A DNA stretch of 64,000 bases. It comes from Pseudovirgaria hyperparasitica (taxonomy: Eukaryota). Location of the stretch: NCBI GenBank assembly GCA_010093815.1, contig ML996572.1; one strand, 5' to 3'. Position 1 is the first letter of the stretch. Every line of letters starts with the position of its first letter. Positions 39,687 to 52,556 of the stretch are shown here, in pieces. The translations under genes were made by a program, and so were the position numbers. The notes under the pieces were generated by a model that made no database searches, was not told where the DNA came from, and saw only the letters and a list, made by a program, of their open reading frames with translations.

Positions 39687-40439
39687 ATGTCCTCCCCACA
39701 CGTCTCCTTCGACGAAGACTCCCTCCTCATCCCCCGACCCTTCACCTCCTCCAACATTAACACCGTCAACTCCCCAGCCCATCTCTCCCCCATCCCATCA
39801 TCTGCCTCCTCTGCCTCCCCGTCCTACGGCGCCCTCCGCACCGCCACCCACGCCCACGAGCCTCCTCACCACCAACACGGCACCTCCACCCTCTCCCACC
39901 AAAGCATCTACGACCGCGCCGCCATGCTCGCCGAACAACGCTCTCCAACCCCCCGCCGCGATTCTACATCTACGTATCACACCGCTTGCAGCGAGCCCCC
40001 GGTACTTCCATTGTCGCTGTCGCAAGTCACGCATTCTCCTCCTCGGTCTCGTCTGGACGCTATTCCACAAGAAGCACATACACAGAGACAAAAAGTCCAA
40101 AGACAAGAAACCCAAGAGTCCCAAGACGCCCAAGAGTCCCAAGCAATGCACAAGGCACAACTTGAAACGCGCGCGCTGCTGCGCTGCTTGTTGCCGCCGT
40201 CTGAGCGCCGCGGGAGTCGGGTTGCGTGCTGGCCGCATGAAGTTGCGGATTTGGAAAGGCAGAGGGGTGCTGGGGATGGGAGGCGGATGCAGCGGGTGGG
40301 CTGCTGGGGGGTTGTGGTGGGTGTAGCGAGGGCGGTGGCGGTGGGCGTGCTGGTGCTGGTGCTGTTGGCTGTTGGGCTGGGGGTTGGGGTTTTTGGGGGA
40401 GGGGGGCGTTGGAGGGGGAGAGGGCATGGGGGTGGGTAG
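39687..40439 (+). CDS. Hypothetical low-complexity protein with C-terminal TM segment, 250 aa
   Basis: ATG in good context (CCAAAATG); S/P-rich N-terminus; hydrophobic VAVGVLVLVLLAVGLGVGV near the end. Confidence 0.55.
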   Translation: MSSPHVSFDEDSLLIPRPFTSSNINTVNSPAHLSPIPSSASSASPSYGALRTATHAHEPPHHQHGTSTLSHQSIYDRAAMLAEQRSPTPRRDSTSTYHTACSEPPVLPLSLSQVTHSPPRSRLDAIPQEAHTQRQKVQRQETQESQDAQESQAMHKAQLETRALLRCLLPPSERRGSRVACWPHEVADLERQRGAGDGRRMQRVGCWGVVVGVARAVAVGVLVLVLLAVGLGVGVFGGGGRWRGRGHGGG

Positions 40440-40905
40440 TGAGGGGGTAAGCGAGGGGATTGAGGAAAGGAGAAGAGGGAGGGAGAAGGGGAGGAGGAGG
40501 AGGACAACGAAAAGGGGAATGAGGACGAGGATATGCAAGGGGATCACACAGACGAAAACACGAACGACTGAATCACCACATCCTACACACCCCAACCAGT
40601 AAATATCCCAGCCTATAATCTGATTCCCATTCCTCTTCAAAAAATTATGAAAACTCGAGACAAAGAGCCTGCTTCACCACACCATCATTCATCCCGCCCT
40701 AACAACAACAACTATACATCCCCCAAAGCCCTACGGCGGCAGTGACCGGGGGCACATCAAGTATCCTCCCCACCACCACCAGGGCTTTTCGCTTTCCTCT
40801 CCTCCTGAATCGCCAGAGCTGCAGACGTTATTCTGTGTCTTTGGACTGTTTGGACTGTAGGGTGGATGCTGTTGGTTCTTCTGCTATGCTGACGTCTAAG
40901 ATTTG

Positions 40906-40915
40906 NNNNNNNNNN
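40906..40915. other. Assembly gap (10 N)
   Basis: Run of N. Confidence 1.
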
Positions 40916-41360
40916 GACTTGGATCTAGACTTGGTAGGTTGTAGAGAAGGTGGTGGTGGTGTTGTTGCTCGACATTTTCATTGGAGATATATCAAACACA
41001 GGCTCAGAAATGGAATATAGACTTGATATGCCCACTTCTGTTGAGTAATACTGAGAAGACAAATACCGAAGCGTTGATAAGTGTATTGTAGAATTATAAA
41101 ATTGTTGTCGTTATAATTTTTGCTGATTTCTATCACACCTTCCTCCTCAAGCCTTGTCGTAGAAGAAAGGTATAATCTCACTTTGCATATATGGCAGAGG
41201 AGTACTATCTCGCTCAAAAATAGTTGTAGGCCATGAAGAAGACCTGAAATGACCAGTTCTGGACCACGGCAATACTACCGAACTTCTACTCTGCGATGGG
41301 TATCACGTTTCTTGTCGTAGACTGGACATGCTGACTGATCTGGATAATGTCATTGTGTCA

Positions 41361-41448
41361 CTGTGAACTGGCATCGAACCATTCCTTTTGACGTACACTG
41401 CACGCTGTGAACCGACATCGAACCATTCCTTTTGACATACACTGCACG
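41361..41448 (+). repeat. 44-bp tandem duplication (2 copies)
   Basis: CTGTGAAC(T/C)G(G/A)CATCGAACCATTCCTTTTGAC(G/A)TACACTGCACG at 41361 and 41405; three transition differences. Confidence 0.9.
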
Positions 41449-42387
41449 CCATGAACGCTGCTGAAAAAAGCAAAGTCTACAGCATCCAAGCATCCAAGCA
41501 ATACACGCAGCTATAGAGAGGTTTACGAGACATTCCGTCGTTCATCGCCCTGAAGCGGAAAAGTTGTCGTAAAATTCTCCGAGTACCACACCATGATCGA
41601 CAGCGGACTTAGACCCGGACATGCACATAGGCATATCATCAGATCACGCCTCTGACCCGGTCCATCGCAGTCCCTCGTGTTGGCTCGAGAACGTTGCAAA
41701 CTCTAGCTTCGCAGTGAAAGCATTCATCGTGATGCCTTCTTATCACTGTGAGGAGAGTATCTATGTCGCTAGGATATGTGATCAGACTGGCGAATGCTAC
41801 GGTGCTTCCCGAGGCTGCTATGTGTATCGGCCATGCTGCAGAAAAAATGAAGACAGTGAGTTGGATAGAGATAAACTTGAAGAAGTAAAGCAGCATGAGC
41901 CCCTGGGAACCCCGAACATGGAATTGTGAGCCTAGGGTTGATGCCTAAGGCATATATAAGAAAGACTGTCTGGCGACGGCGTTTCAACATCTTGAACCCT
42001 ATTATCGTTATAGAATACATTTATCCTTCTTTCGGAGAAGTCCGGAGCATTGGAAACACGGTACCGCCTCGCAAACTATACCATGTTTGACCCAGCGCTG
42101 CAAGGACTGCACTAAGTGCACTAAATGATGAACCTCGGCAGCTTTCAAAACAAGCTTTATGCGAGAACTACAATGGATCGACTATGCATACATATAATCG
42201 AGCATACGGACCGGACCTCCTTTCAAGTCCAGTTCTGTCCGACACGGAATTTAACTAGGTAATCAGTCCGTCCACGATTGAAACATACAACTCCTGTCCA
42301 AGCACATGAATGACATGCTGAAAAGCAGATAAGGCGTGGTAATTAAGTGAAGATCTCGCCGTGCTCTTCTATATTTAATTACACAAG

Positions 42388-44047
42388 ATGACGACTCGAA
42401 ATGCGACAGTCTACATGACACTTCTGGCCTTCAGCCCTCCAGCAACAACTCTCGCGTGCCATCTCGCAGGTATCAATGTCATATCAGGAACATCCCTAGC
42501 GACAAAGACAATATGCCTGGTTGCGTATGCATTCATCCAATACAGCCTGGTGCTTCCCTACTTCACATCTCCCTTACGACACCTTCCAACGCCCCAAACA
42601 GACCGCTTTATCTGGGGCCATGGCGAAATCATGCTCGACCGGCCACCGGGCGCGAAGCTACTGCGTTGGATGAAGGAGATCCCAAATGACGGCCTGATCA
42701 CTTTCCGAACGTTCTTCCATATTGGTCCGATCGTGCTTCTTACTCGACCGGATACGCTGATGCAGGTGCTTAATACGCATTCGTATGACTATGAGAAGCC
42801 TGCTCCGGCGCGCAAGTTTCTACGGAGAGTCCTTGGTGATGGCCTAATCAACGTGGAGGGTAACGAGCATAAGCGGCAACGAAAGACCATAACGCCGGCT
42901 TTCACGGGGCGACATATCAAGGATCTCGTGCCCTTGTTCTGGAGTAAATCCCTTATGCTTGGTGATGCAGTCGTAAAGACTGCAGCATCAAATGGAGGCA
43001 TCATCGAAGTCTCAGCGCTGGCTTCGCGTGTAACGCTGGACATCATCGGCGCCGCAGGGATAGGCAAGGACTTCTCCACCACGGAAAACGCGGATCATGA
43101 GCTTGCGCAGAAATACGATATCATCACCGATACCAAGGGCAAAGGAAACCTAGTCCTGTACTTCGCCGTCAACCTTGTCTTCCCGCAATGGCTGATCCGG
43201 AAACTGCCGCTGAAAGCAAACGCACGAGTCGCGAATGCGCTCTTCGATCTGCGCAGGATCAGCAAAGACCTGCTCGCCGAGAAGAACAGAGATATGGAAG
43301 AGAAGACTGTCCAGGAGAAGGACATCATCGCCATCCTCATGCGTTCCGGCGTGTTCAACGACGACGGCCTCACAGACCAACTCCTAACCTTTCTCGCCGC
43401 AGGGTAAGTCCCCCCACTCATCATCATCAACTATATATACTCACCCACCCCCAAGCCACGAAACAACCGCATCCGCCCTGACATGGGCCACCTACCTCCT
43501 CGGCCGCCACCAAGCCGTCCAAGCCCGCCTCCGCACCGAAGTCCACCAAACCATCCCCGCTCTCGACCCCAACACCCCCGCAACCGCAGACCTAATCGAC
43601 TCAATGCCCTACCTCGACGCCGTCTGCAACGAAGTCCTCCGCATCTACCCCACCGTCCCCGTCACCGCGCGCATCGCCGTGCGCCCGACGCAGATCAACA
43701 ACACCCCGATCCCCACCGGCACATCCGTCATGATCTCGCCGTGGGCAACGAACCGCCTGCCCAGTCTGTGGGGCGAGGACGCGGAGGTCTTCCGGCCGGA
43801 GCGCTGGCTGGGCGAGGAGGGCAAGTGGGGCGGGGCGACGAGTGGGTATGCGTTTGTGACGTTTTTGCATGGGCCGAGGAGTTGTATTGGGCAGGGGTTT
43901 GCGCGGTATGAGTTGAAGTGTATGTTGGCGGTGTTGGTGGCGCGGGTGCGGTGGGAGTTGAGGGAGAGGGATGTGGAGCCGATGCCGGAGGGGACGTTGA
44001 CGATTAAGCCGAAGGGGGGCATGGAGATTGTTGTTGAGGAGTTGTAG
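42388..44047 (+). CDS. Cytochrome P450; exons 42388-43403, 43456-44047
   Basis: I-helix AAGHETT formed across intron 43404-43455 (AAG acceptor), EVLR, PERW, heme motif FLHGPRSCIG. Confidence 0.95.
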
Positions 44048-44670
44048 GGGGGAGGTTGGGCCTTGGATGGTCTCTTTGTAGGTTGGAGAAAGGGGATGCT
44101 GGAGATTAAGAACCTCGGGTGCGCAAGTTGCCTCTGGTGAAAAGCTGAGCTGATGGAGTATGCGGCTTGAAAAATTTCGATTGCGACATTGGCAATATTC
44201 TGGAAGCCAGATGTTGGACGATTAGTGATCAATATAAAAAGGGGTACGACACTTATCGCCACCAGCATTGAGTAGATGCAAAACGGTCAAGATATGACCT
44301 AGATGAGGATATGTATATTATATATGAATATGAATCAGCTAAAAGATTTTCACTATTTTCTGGCAGGAGCTTGCGTACTATATACTCACAAATTGATTGC
44401 AGAATTGCAGGTCTGCTAATAGAGGGTCTAATCTTACCAGCGACTAAATTGCCCACTATGTCAATAATTGAAAAATCGGCACAAGTATATATGTGCTGGA
44501 ATACGGGTTGCTTGTTGGTTAAATGGACGTTATTATGATGATATTTTACTGTATAGCCTATACGAACAGAACAAGGGAAACGAGCAGTTAGTTAGAGAGG
44601 CGATTTATGGGTGCACATCCAGGACAATATATTTCTTTCAACTGTTTCCGTGCGCTGCATGAAAATTCCA

Positions 44671-47244
44671 TCAGCGCCGGGTCCCTGAAAACTCACTATT
44701 CCGCCTCACAGCTAAGAAGGTCAAGCTCCACAGCTGTCGGATGTTACTTTCCGGTCTCGTCCCATCAGGAGGCGGCGGCAGACTGCCCAACGGCGTCGTC
44801 TCGAATCGGCCATCCGTATAAGTCCAACCCCATACCTCGCCGCTCAATTGATCTTCGTTATCCTCAATCAAGTCCCAAAGATGGTTATACGCGTCCATAA
44901 TCTTCACATGCAGCATCTCATTCGCACAAAATTCCGGCTGCGAGTCAGAATTACAGCGATCAAGTTGTCGTTCCAGTCCGGCCGCCATCATGGCGAGCTG
45001 CCAGGACCAAATAACCGTGCCGTGATACGCGGAATTTGTAAAGTTCGTTGAGTACACCGGGTCTCCGCCGAATGCTGGGTTCGCAACTAGCAGGCCTGCA
45101 TCGGTGCTCAAGCCAACGGGATAGGGCGCGAGGATGTGTGTCGATACTTGATCCATGAAAGCGGTGAGTTGGGCCTGGTTCGTGGAGTTGAGAAGGAAGA
45201 GCCGGAAGCAGTCGTCGGTGTTCATGACGCGGACTAGGTCTTGGTTGTTGTTGCCCTCGAGGGCGAGGGCGTAGAAGTTGATGGGGGACGTGAGTGTTTC
45301 TGCCTGTGACGGGAAGGAGAATTGATTGTCTGTGACGTAATCGGATACGAGGGACGCAGCTTCTTCAGTGTTGATAGTAATAGAAAAGAAATCTAGGGTT
45401 GATTCCTCCCAGATGTCTGCGTATCGACTAGCTAAGGTGCTCCATTCAGGGTGTTCCGGGAAGAAACCTGCAGTCGATAGCTGGGACAATGAGCGAAGAG
45501 CAGCTGGGACCAGCGCAGTGTTGACATCGTACGGAATGCGTCCACCTCCTATGCCATAAGTGGAATCACGCCACTGGCCGACAATCTGGTCTTCTTTGAG
45601 ACGTATCAAATTATCACGAGTTTGACCGCCTGGCTGAGCAAAAGCTGCCGTTAGATCCATGATACGCTCGGCCGTGACCAAGGCCAGATCGCGGTAGGAC
45701 ATTCCTGCATTGTTGGGGTCTACAGTGGCCTTCGTCTCTAGGAAGTCGGCCATGCGTGCTCGTCCGATGGGACTACGGAGAAAGTAGTATTCCATCGTGA
45801 TTGGAAGGAAGTAATCTGTGTCGATCATCTTGTAGTCGTACTGCGGGTCTGTTGACGTAATGTTGTTTTGAATATTCAAGTAGGTTGCATAATCACCAAT
45901 CGTCTCTTCGTGGCAGACACTGCCGTCAGTCGAGTTGACACGCTCCAATACAGCTCCAATGACTGCTTCGACGGCACTGTCTTTTCCTTCGCTTAGTACT
46001 GGTTGCAATAAGAGCATTGCTATCATTGTGTCTCGACCGAAGTACGTAAGGAACCGCCATGTCCCTGCCAAGAGCTTGTCCGTATAGGACAGAAACGATA
46101 GAGAAACAGCCTGATCTGTAGCTTGAGAGAGCAAAGCATAGGACGAAGGATTGAGAACCGCGTCAGGGCTGATCCGCTCGAGCTGTGGATAGTCGAAAGT
46201 TGCATTAAATTGATAAGTACCGGACTCGAAAAATAAGGTCCCGTTGTCAGTTTTAATCCCAGCATCCCCGACTGGTGTGAACGATAACTGTGTAGTTGTG
46301 ACATTGTCGAGCCATGTCCTACTGATGGATACTCCAGAGTTTGCAATCTCCTCAATTATCAGGGCATCTTGAATGATAGGGTACAGGAGACTTGGACCTT
46401 CGGTAAAGTCTCGCATTGTCCGTATACTTCCAAGGATAGGAATGGTCAACACAGCAGACGAGTTCAATCTCACATATCCGGCTACCCCAACGACCGGATT
46501 CCTGGAAGAGCCTGACTCGTACACACCCTCGATCGTATTTCCTGATGGCATTTCCTCCAGTTGAATCGTCAAACTACCATTTACGCCATCTTGGGGTTGG
46601 AAGAATGCAAGAAGGCCACTATTGCCAGAGGCCCAAGCAACCTGATGGAATCAGAAATTGACAGGATAACACATGCCCTTGAAGCTTACCAGAAGCCGTG
46701 GACTAATAAAAGTCAAATTGCTATCATCAAGTGGGCTCGTCACTACCACGTGAGAGCTGGAGTGACAATCCCCGTAGAAATAGTTCTCGTAAGGTCCGTC
46801 ACTAAGATGCAATCTTGTTGGCTCTTCTATACATTCTACACCGCCATTTGGAAGTATTGGTGTGCCTGTCGGGTTTGGGGAGTCGGTCGTAGATGTTGTC
46901 GGGTAAACGAGCTGGTTGTTCACACATCTATACGCCATGAGTCCATATTTTGCTCAGAAAATCTGCGTTACCATACGAATACATGCTAGGTAAGTAACAG
47001 TCCTCATCGCATCGCAGTGTTGGCTGTCCCTCGATGACCGGGCATAGAAAGCCGCCATCATAGCAAGTATACTACCCATTACTAACATCAGCACGAGGCT
47101 TCATTACTCTCACTCATATATACTCACTAACGATGTGTAATAGCGAGCTGGACCACAGTCAAGAAGTTGCTCTACTGCCTGTGGGCTTGCTGCGATTAAT
47201 GAAAGCTGGGATACAGCTAGTAATGCTATAATTGAGAGGCTCAT
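44671..47244 (-). CDS. Secreted protein: signal peptide + CBM52-like Cys-rich module + glycogen-debranching-enzyme-like six-hairpin glycosidase; exons 47244-47128, 47071-46977, 46927-46690, 46641-44671
   Basis: MSLSIIALLAVSQLSLIAA signal; CGPARYYTSLYTCYDGGFLCPVIEGQPTLRCDEDCYLPSMYSC; KLLAGTWRFLTYFGRD, CHEETIGD, GQWRDS, YHGTVIWSWQ; three in-frame GT-AG introns. Confidence 0.88.
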
Positions 47245-47847
47245 CTTGACTATCAGTATGGATGAGGAAATATATGAATCTTATGGAATAGGAGAAGTCG
47301 AAGCTCATCGACCTAGAAACTGTGCTGAGCGTATGCTTCTAGAAGTAGAGGAGCACACCGCAGCTATGTGACAGCGGTTGGTTACCATCGAGCACAATAT
47401 GTCGGCAAACAATGATTATAGTCACTTATAGCACGCATCCTGCCGCCTCTTACGTACATGTCCAAGATCTGCTTAACGGCACTGGAAGAATCGAGGCGAG
47501 CTAGAGCCTTGGAAGGTCAACTTATTTCGGATCAAGAATGAAAAGTGCGGGGTACAACTGATGATCGAATAATATGTATCCATTTCAGAGTTCTGATTTG
47601 CATGCAATCCCACGATAGATCGGGCTGAATGATCGATTCTAGTGCGACGACAAAATGGAATTGAGATGCTTGAAACAATGCAGTTCAGATGGATATGCGG
47701 CGTGCTTGAAGCTTCCGTGATTGACCAATCACAAGTCTGCTTGGCGCTGTCACCAACAAGGCTCGACCGGGTGTTGCACAAGATCAACAGGAGTTGCTCG
47801 CCGCATCTTTGATATTGCAAAGCTCTCAATACTAGCACGTAGCCAAG

Positions 47848-48537
47848 ATGAGTGCGTACGCAGCCAGGCCGATGCCATCGTCGGTGAAGGTAGTACAGTG
47901 CATTGGAATCACGTCTGCCGCGTACCTGCTAGGTAAGAGTGTAACGGATTCCATCCTCAAGAGTCTTCGCGACGAATAGACTGATGATTGAAGGATAGGC
48001 CAAGTTGTGACTCTCAGTACTTGCGCGATACCAGCAATTCTGCAAGCTCCAGCGCCCCTGGCTGCCAGACAATGGGTGACCATGTTCGTGCGCGCAAGAG
48101 CTCTCGGCATCGCCGTTACTGCGATCCCCGTAGTCGCCTTCTCATGGTTGGCTTGGAAAGGCGAGTGCGTTTGTCTCATAGAGTGATTAATTCTGACCTT
48201 TTCAGACGGCTTGCAGCCTAGAAACTTCAAGCTCTACTTGACTGCCGCCCTTATGCACTTTCTCGTCTTCCCATACACTATGCTCGTCATCCTTCCTACG
48301 AACAACAAGCTTGAAGAGAAGGCTCAAACTATGTCAGATAATGAAGTCGAACCTTCAGCTGCGGAGGCTGGTATTCAAAAGGAAGAGACGGTTCATGCCT
48401 TGGTTGACAAATGGGGCTTGGTTGCGATAGGCAGAGCGGTCCTCGCTGGAGTCGGAACTGTATGTGGACTCATGGCCACTGTAAAACAGTACGATGTGGT
48501 CATAGTTGACCTTGCCTCCCTGGCCAAGCCCGAGTGA
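47848..48537 (+). CDS. DUF1772 / anthrone-oxygenase-like membrane protein; exons 47848-47932, 47999-48160, 48206-48537
   Basis: APLAARQW, PYTMLVILPTNNKL and LVDKWG..R motifs with four hydrophobic helices; the second intron needs a GC donor. Confidence 0.82.
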
Positions 48538-50435
48538 TTCATATGAAAGGCAAGCCAAAGGACTCGCGCGAACGACTGTCAACGACTGTGAAATGAACAG
48601 ATTGATACCAGGATTTGAACTGTAAGATAAGGAGAGAGTATTACAGCCAGTAGTGGTTGCTATTGAGATAGCGCATTCAAGCGCGGCGATGCCAAACGGA
48701 GTCGTCCGACCTGAAGTCGAAGTGCTAGTATTATAGTAGTGCAACCCGTAAGTTTGGCCTTGTAGTAAATCCACGAGCATATGCCACGCGAGCAAGAATC
48801 ACATACAAGATAACATATGTAGTGCTTACAAACGTCATATTCAGTGCATATTTAATCTCTAATATTTCCCAGCTAGAGACATGCATGGATATCTAGTTAT
48901 TCACGATTGTTTCAATCAAATACAGACAAATACTAAGACTAAGTATTACGGATATTTACTTAATGTTCGATTGCATACTATTGCACGATATGAGGTGCAA
49001 GTGCGGCTACACAGAGACGGACTCACCGTCCCGTTTCGAGTCATCCGCACCAGGTAGAGAGTACATCACTGCTAGTGGTAGATAAGCTGGCCATCAAGTG
49101 AGCACGAGGGCAGCCAAGTACGACATAAGAGCAGCTCATGATCATCAGGCCGTGATGATAGCCCACGTTGAGGTTAAGACATGATGAGATAGCGACCTGC
49201 AACAAAGTTCAGCTGCTTCATGATCAGGGCGAGACTTATCTCCAGCCGAAAGATGGATGGTGGCGCTTTCGCGTGCCACCGTTGCACCTGTGGTATTTAG
49301 GCCATCTGACGGGCCCAAAGTAGCAGGCTTCTAGAACTATTTGGTCTCTTTACTGGTCGACCAGCGTCTGACACTGACAGCCCCTGACAGCCCATGTGGC
49401 AAAGGGTGCAGTCCCTTAAAAGTGTCCCAAAGATGCATCATTGCTTCTTGAGGTAGTTACAGTTGCAGTCCTACAGCTAACGTAAATCTCCTGTCTAGAA
49501 CCCTTGGTAAGAGTTCGAAAGAGCAGTAGTGGATAACAAACTCAGTGACTCCGTGGATGCCCTGGTCTAGAGACATGTCTGACTACAGCTACCCAACCAT
49601 ATCTGATCTTTCTAGGCGACTCTCCGATATGAGCTGGCTGTAAACTGAATCCAAGTAGCATGAATCTTCGTTAGTGGTCCTTGGCTGCACTGGCCATTGG
49701 TGCCAGTAATAGTAAGCGACCGAAAATGTCCAAAATGGCTCACGAGGCTGGCGAGGATGTAGCATGTGCCCAAGATACGATATGCGATATGTGAGTTATC
49801 GCAAGATGGCGAGATAGATCATCATCATTTTCAAGGACAGAAGAAGTCATGCTCCCCCATTGCGTTATCAGACCTTCAAGGACTCTGTTCACAACACCAC
49901 TGTCCTCCTCCTTGTCTCGTTTGCCGGGCGGAAGACCGTGCACCTATCGGCTTATCTTAGTGTCAGCCTGGTGTTGTGGCTGGCCCCGCCCCCGGCCGCC
50001 AGGACCATTGAATGTTCGTTCCTTGGGATTCAATCAGCATTCATTTGTCCACTCCGTACCAACATCTCTTACTTCTCGGCCACTCTATACCTATGTGTTG
50101 TACCTCTCCAGCTCCCTGATTCTCCGCTTGCATAATATCTTCCGGTAAGCTTTCTTAAGCCCAGGAACAGCATTAGGACCCTTAAACATCCTGCTACCCC
50201 CCATATAAGCATTCACGCAGGTGCTGAGAAACAACAGTACTCCACACTTCTTGGTCCTCGAGCCTCTACAGCCTGTCCCACGTCCTTCTACATGCGTGCT
50301 TGGAAGGCTCTTCGCTGAGCCGCATTCAGCTTTGGCTTCGACTCTCTTACAGCAATTACCTATCGACCCCTCGAAACCCTCCCAAGCCTCGTCCGAGACA
50401 TCGGGTGATCAAAAGCCGCAATACACATACTCAAG

Positions 50436-52556
50436 ATGCAAGCCATATCCTTCACTCCTGTCATGGAGGAGCCTTCCGAAGAGGCAGCCCCAGAATCTCC
50501 TCAAAACGGTTCGGCACCAGGCACTCCCATGGACGAGCAACCGAAGCCCAAACACCGGCATCGCCTCATGAGAGGTCTATCGCGAATGTCCTCGTCACCG
50601 TCTCTGGCGAAGCTCACGCGATCACGAAGCTCTTCCAATCCGATATACAGAGCAGGTGACAGGGGCTCAATGTCATGCGTATCTTTGGCATCTGCCTCGC
50701 CATTCGGATCGTATGGCAGCTATGCCTCAGAACTGTCTGCCGGTTATTCTACTGCTCCGACTTCAGTACCAGGGACGCCTGGTCCAGAGCTCCCGCTGTC
50801 CACAAAACCCAGACTACATCTCTTTGCCGCAGATCGACCAAGAACCGCTACTATGCCGTCCGACATAATCGCCTCGGCTCGTATGAACGCCTTCGACGAA
50901 GCGGACTACTTTAACCTGCCGGTACAAAAAGCTTCAAAACCTTTTCCTCGTCGACCGAACTTCAACTTCTGGGAAGACATGCCGTTCGAAGTGCGTCTGG
51001 AAATCTTTCGCTTCCTGCGACCGAGAGAGATAGTCCAGTGTTCCGCAGTCTCCAAGTCCTGGCACAAGATGTGCTACGATGGTCAACTTTGGAGCAGACT
51101 AGACGCATCTGAATACTACCGTGATATCCCAGCCGACTCTTTGGTGAAAATAATAACTAATGCTGGACCGTTCGTACGAGACCTCAACCTGCGAGGCTGT
51201 GTACAACTTCGCGAACGATGGAACTCCAAAGGTCTAGCAGATGCCTGCAGAAATCTAGAAAATTTCTCTCTGGAGGGCTGTAAGATTGACCGGGCGTCTG
51301 TGCATTGTTTCCTACTTCAAAACACTCGTCTTGTCAGCATTAACTTATCCGGCCTTCAAGCTGCGACAAATGCCGGACTAAAGATTGTTGCCCAACACTG
51401 CCCCAAGCTCGAGGAGCTGAATGTCTCATGGTGCCAGAACATAGATGGCAAAGGCATCAAGAAGGTCGTCGAGTCATGCGCCAACTTGAAAGAGCTCCGA
51501 GCCGGCGAGACTGGTGGATGGGATGATGTCGACCTCACGCACGAGATATTCAAGCGCAATACACTGGAGCGACTGGTGCTCAATAATTGCGACTCTCTTA
51601 CTGATGACTCGCTCTCTGCGCTCATGATTGGTATCGATAGCGAGATTGATGTATTGACGGAGAGAGCGATTGTACCTCCTCGCAAGCTCAAATACCTGGA
51701 CTTGAGCCGATGCCGCCCAATCACAGACAAAGGTGTCAAGACCATGGCTCATAATCTCCCATTCCTTGAAAGTCTCCTGTTGAGCAAGTGCTCCTCTCTG
51801 ACTGACGATTCTGTATCCGAGGTTCTCTCGACACTACCAAGCCTCGTCAACCTCGACCTCGAAGAACTCGAGGAACTGACAAGTGCCTCGCTTCAAGCTC
51901 TTGCTGCTGCACCCGGCCGTGAGCAGCTTTCTCATCTCTGCATCTCATATTGCGAGAACATCAGCGACACTGGCGTTCTCCCAATTCTTCAGCATTGCCC
52001 ACGTTTAGCATCAATCGAGATGGACAACACCCGTATCACCGATCTCGTGCTCATCGAAGCTGCAGCGACCATGGCTTCGCGGAATAGGGTCGCTCGGGGA
52101 CTGTATAGTGGTGATATCCCAACGATTGGAATGCGCCTAGTTGCATATGATTGTGCCAATATCACGTGGTCCGGCATCAACTGCATCCTAACATGCAATG
52201 CTCAAGAGACACGCGCTACTACTCAAGGTGGCAAATCGACCTTCCCGAGCCAGATCATTGGACTCAAGTGTTTCTATAATTGGCAGCCAACAGTGGACGA
52301 ACATACCAAAAGGGTGATGCGCGGAGATTTTGTCGCGGCCACAAGGCTCTGGAGAAAATGGCATGACTGGATGTTATACCAGGAAGAAGCAGCGGCTGGT
52401 GGGAATACTCGAGCACGTCGACGAAGGGCCCGACGTGCGGAGGCAGCACATGCAGAGGAAGAAGAAGCTGCAGGCTCTGGAACTGGACCTGGTGCTGGAC
52501 GCCGGAGGAGAGCGAGAAGTGGACCTGCGGCCAGCAGTGGCTGCTCTATGATGTGA
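50436..52556 (+). CDS. F-box/leucine-rich-repeat protein (FBXL2-like), 706 aa, C-terminal CaaX
   Basis: F-box MPFEVRLEIFRFL..CSAVSKSWH; multiple Cys-containing LRRs; ends CSMM; probable 5'UTR intron 50145-50220. Confidence 0.92.
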   Translation: MQAISFTPVMEEPSEEAAPESPQNGSAPGTPMDEQPKPKHRHRLMRGLSRMSSSPSLAKLTRSRSSSNPIYRAGDRGSMSCVSLASASPFGSYGSYASELSAGYSTAPTSVPGTPGPELPLSTKPRLHLFAADRPRTATMPSDIIASARMNAFDEADYFNLPVQKASKPFPRRPNFNFWEDMPFEVRLEIFRFLRPREIVQCSAVSKSWHKMCYDGQLWSRLDASEYYRDIPADSLVKIITNAGPFVRDLNLRGCVQLRERWNSKGLADACRNLENFSLEGCKIDRASVHCFLLQNTRLVSINLSGLQAATNAGLKIVAQHCPKLEELNVSWCQNIDGKGIKKVVESCANLKELRAGETGGWDDVDLTHEIFKRNTLERLVLNNCDSLTDDSLSALMIGIDSEIDVLTERAIVPPRKLKYLDLSRCRPITDKGVKTMAHNLPFLESLLLSKCSSLTDDSVSEVLSTLPSLVNLDLEELEELTSASLQALAAAPGREQLSHLCISYCENISDTGVLPILQHCPRLASIEMDNTRITDLVLIEAAATMASRNRVARGLYSGDIPTIGMRLVAYDCANITWSGINCILTCNAQETRATTQGGKSTFPSQIIGLKCFYNWQPTVDEHTKRVMRGDFVAATRLWRKWHDWMLYQEEAAAGGNTRARRRRARRAEAAHAEEEEAAGSGTGPGAGRRRRARSGPAASSGCSMM

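Noticed and set aside
41361..41448. 44-bp repeats as a CRISPR-like array
   Set aside because: Only two adjacent copies with no spacers, in a eukaryotic genome; a simple tandem duplication
41639..41896. 85-aa minus-strand ORF with a hydrophobic N-terminus
   Set aside because: No recognisable motif or convincing gene structure; cannot be separated from chance
42388..48537. P450 + DUF1772 as a secondary-metabolite cluster
   Set aside because: No PKS, NRPS, terpene or other backbone enzyme and no cluster regulator in the window; neighbours are unrelated or housekeeping genes
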